A stretch of 18,232 bases of DNA from Armatimonadota bacterium (GTDB taxonomy: Bacteria; Armatimonadota; Zipacnadia; Zipacnadales; UBA5352): contig JAYENL010000309.1 in assembly GCA_034722055.1 (NCBI GenBank), positions 1 through 18,232 of the forward strand, given 5' to 3'. The position numbers and the translations under genes were made by a program. Of this stretch, positions 16,290 through 18,232 are shown piece by piece. Position 1 is the first letter of the stretch. Every line of letters begins with the position of its first letter. Under the pieces are notes generated by a model, which was not told the DNA's origin, did no database searches, and was given only the letters and a program-made list of their open reading frames with translations.

Positions 16290-16531
16290 CAGTGCTCGGC
16301 GGCGGGACTTCGCGTATCGTGGACCGTCACGATGCTGTGCCTGGTGGGGTCTCGCCGGGGCCTACACGTTAAGTAATGCAGGCGCCCTCGCCTGCATGCC
16401 GTGTGGCTTCGAGCAGGGGCGCCCTGGGCCGGGGTGGAACCTGCGCGCTTCGCTCGCGGCGGCCCCTCATGGTGGCAGCAGGGGCACCGACGCGGAGCCG
16501 CATAACACGATAGCTTGCGCCTTCAGCACCA
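16290..16531. mobile_element. MITE-like element, copy B (about 240 bp)
   Basis: Left end AGTGCTCGGCGGCGGGACTTCGCGTAT matches copy A. The right arm (about 16425-16529) is the reverse complement of copy A's left arm. CA on both sides; central hairpin 16373-16397. Confidence 0.7.
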
Positions 16532-16874
16532 GTTGCCATCAGAGCACTTCCGTCCTCTGGAGCCCTCTCGGCCTCCTCCAACGCCCTTGAGCTGCCTGCG
16601 AGAGGACGGTCCCAGGAACCCGTGCCTGCGTCCGGGAGCGGTTAGTGCTTTGGGCCTATGGCCCTGTCGCGCGGTATGGCCATACTCTCGGATGGGGAGG
16701 CAAGGTCGCCAGGATATCCAGGGCCGCGACGTGCCGCATCGTGATGCCAGCAATCTGTCGGGCCGGAGGAGGTCGCGGTCGACGATCGTCAGGGACGGCA
16801 GCGGATCGGCATGGGCCATGTCGTTGACGACGCCTACGCAGTGTGGCTCCTCGATGCCGAGGGTGCGCCCATCT

Positions 16875-17255
16875 TCAGCATTCCGTTCGCCACTGATCGG
16901 TCCCGGCAGCGCTGACCTCACGCTCACCGTGTTGCAGATCAACGCAGTCCTTGGCGCGGTCATCCTCAGGCAGACCCTCGACCGTCCGGAAGTAGGCGAA
17001 GGCGTTGCGGGGGTCGGCCTGGAGGGCGCCCGCGATGATCTCGTGTTCGGTGGCCCAACGCTCGAACTTGACCATCGCCTCGTCCGGCAGCCCGGCAGCC
17101 CGCGCGCCGTCGAGCAGCACCCGGTGCAGACGGTCCTCCAGGGCTTGCCACTCTTCATACGGCATCTCCCCGCGTCCGCGCAGGCAGTACTCCGCCGGGA
17201 CCGCGTTCTCGTCGAGGCCATACCATCGGTCCACGAGCGCGCGAGCATCTAGCCC
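16875..17255 (-). pseudogene. Internal fragment of a DUF4062/NWD1-like NACHT-WD40 protein N-terminal region
   Basis: LVDRWYGLDENAVPAEYCL...WQALEDRL...KFERWATEHEIIAGAL...AFAYFRTVEGLP resembles the recalled WYxxDxNAVPPxYxL / SATEQEIxxG / CFFRxI motifs. It begins abruptly at an IS4 IR. Confidence 0.6.
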
Positions 17256-17505
17256 CCATACTGTTCATTTAGTGATGATGCGGATTGTGAAGTCGGGTCG
17301 CGATGGCGGGGTGCTACATCTGTGCCGTATGGGGAACTTGCTGGCGGCGCGCTTGACTGCTCGCGGGTTGCGCCTGCCGCGGCTGCAGCCCACCGGCTCA
17401 TCCACCAGCTCCCGCAACAGCGCCTGGTGCAGCACTTCCCTCCTCTCAGGGGGAAAGGACGCTGAACATCGGCAGCGTGCGCCGGATGACCCTTACCCCA
17501 TGGGT
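17256..17505 (-). mobile_element. 3' remnant and right IR of an IS4-family element
   Basis: IR-like CCATACTGTTCATTTA (17256-17271) contains the stop. THGVRVIRRTLPMFSVLSP* is followed, in the +1 frame, by PPERREVLHQALLRELVDEPVGCSRGRRNPRAVKR...RIITK*. Confidence 0.75.
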
Positions 17506-17529
17506 GACGATCGCGACCGGGAGGGGTGG

Positions 17530-18232
17530 ATGGCCCGGATCGCCAGCCAGTTGGCCCGCTTGCTGGTGGAGGCGACAGCCCGGCAGCCGTTCAAAGGCCC
17601 CGTCCGCGTCGATGAGGAGGCGGATCGGGTGCGGTGGATCTTCGATCAATACCTGCGTTGCGGCCGAACGCTGGAGGATATCTGCGCCGAGCTGAACGAA
17701 CGTGAGGTGCCCTTCCGCGACAGCGACGTGGCATGGCAGCCGTCGCGCCTGCGCAGAATCCTGGGCAACTGGCTGCACGCCGGGCTGAACGAGGGCAATG
17801 ACGGGGAGCTGGACAGGGGCGCGCACTTCGACCAGAGGATCATCGATCCGGACGTCTACTACGCGGTTCAGGAGCTGCGGGCCAAACGCAGCACGCGGGG
17901 CCCGAGAGCCCTCTCGCAGCGGGACGCCCCGCTGCTGGGTGTAGCGCGCTGTGGGATGTGCGGGCAGCGCGTGCAGCTCCAGCGCGACCAGCGCAACCAG
18001 CCGCTCTACGTCTGCCCGAGGCCACAGGAGGGCGAATCCCGCACTTGTGATGGCTTCAGCAAGCGCGCGGACGCGGTGGACACAGTGGTGGCCGACTTCA
18101 TCCGCCAGATCGCCTCAGCGCCCAGGCTGCGGGCCATGGTCCGCGAGGAGGCCACGGCGCAGCTGGGGGAGGGTCGGGAGCGCCTGCAGCAGCGCCGCGC
18201 CAGCCTCGAACGGGAGATGCAGGCGCTCGATG
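17530..18232 (+). CDS. Large serine recombinase-like protein (recombinase domain, zinc ribbon, coiled coil), no catalytic domain, 3'-partial
   Basis: Frame is open to the window end, so it is missing from the ORF track. EEADRVRWIFDQY...ICAELNE...W...LRRILGN...IIDPDVYYAVQ...LLGVARCGMCG...YVC...TC. GGGAGG RBS before ATG 17530. Confidence 0.8.
   Translation, partial: MARIASQLARLLVEATARQPFKGPVRVDEEADRVRWIFDQYLRCGRTLEDICAELNEREVPFRDSDVAWQPSRLRRILGNWLHAGLNEGNDGELDRGAHFDQRIIDPDVYYAVQELRAKRSTRGPRALSQRDAPLLGVARCGMCGQRVQLQRDQRNQPLYVCPRPQEGESRTCDGFSKRADAVDTVVADFIRQIASAPRLRAMVREEATAQLGEGRERLQQRRASLEREMQALD

Noticed and set aside
10085..16531. One composite transposon bounded by the two MITE copies
   Set aside because: Each copy has its own two ends and its own 2-bp duplication (TA versus CA), which fits independent insertions.
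16515..17252. 245-aa and 241-aa ORFs
   Set aside because: Mostly alternative-frame or antisense readings across gene relics; no coherent domain.

Overview
GC-rich bacterial window with two halves. The left half (1-7200) is mostly housekeeping: REP-like repeats, a minus-strand accB-hom-thrC operon, elongator tRNA-Met preceded by an unannotated 49-aa ORF under a near-consensus sigma70 promoter, a toxin-first RelE/Gp49 + Xre-HTH toxin-antitoxin pair, an SRPBCC protein, a secreted protein, and a 3D-domain cell-wall protein with DnaA-box-like sites in its leader. The right half (7300-18232) is a decaying accessory region. It holds an IS5 fossil, a large secreted carboxypeptidase-regulatory-repeat protein plus a paralog scrap, two diverged copies of a MITE-like element carrying a REP hairpin, and an apparently intact IS1595 (ISSod11-type). 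It also holds a truncated WD40 protein, a SARP/BTAD regulator remnant, and a cluster of secreted proteins behind SARP-type 11-bp-period direct repeats. It ends with a NACHT/DUF4062-like fragment cut by an IS4 end and a large serine recombinase frame lacking its catalytic domain. All family calls are from motif recognition only; no database searches were run.
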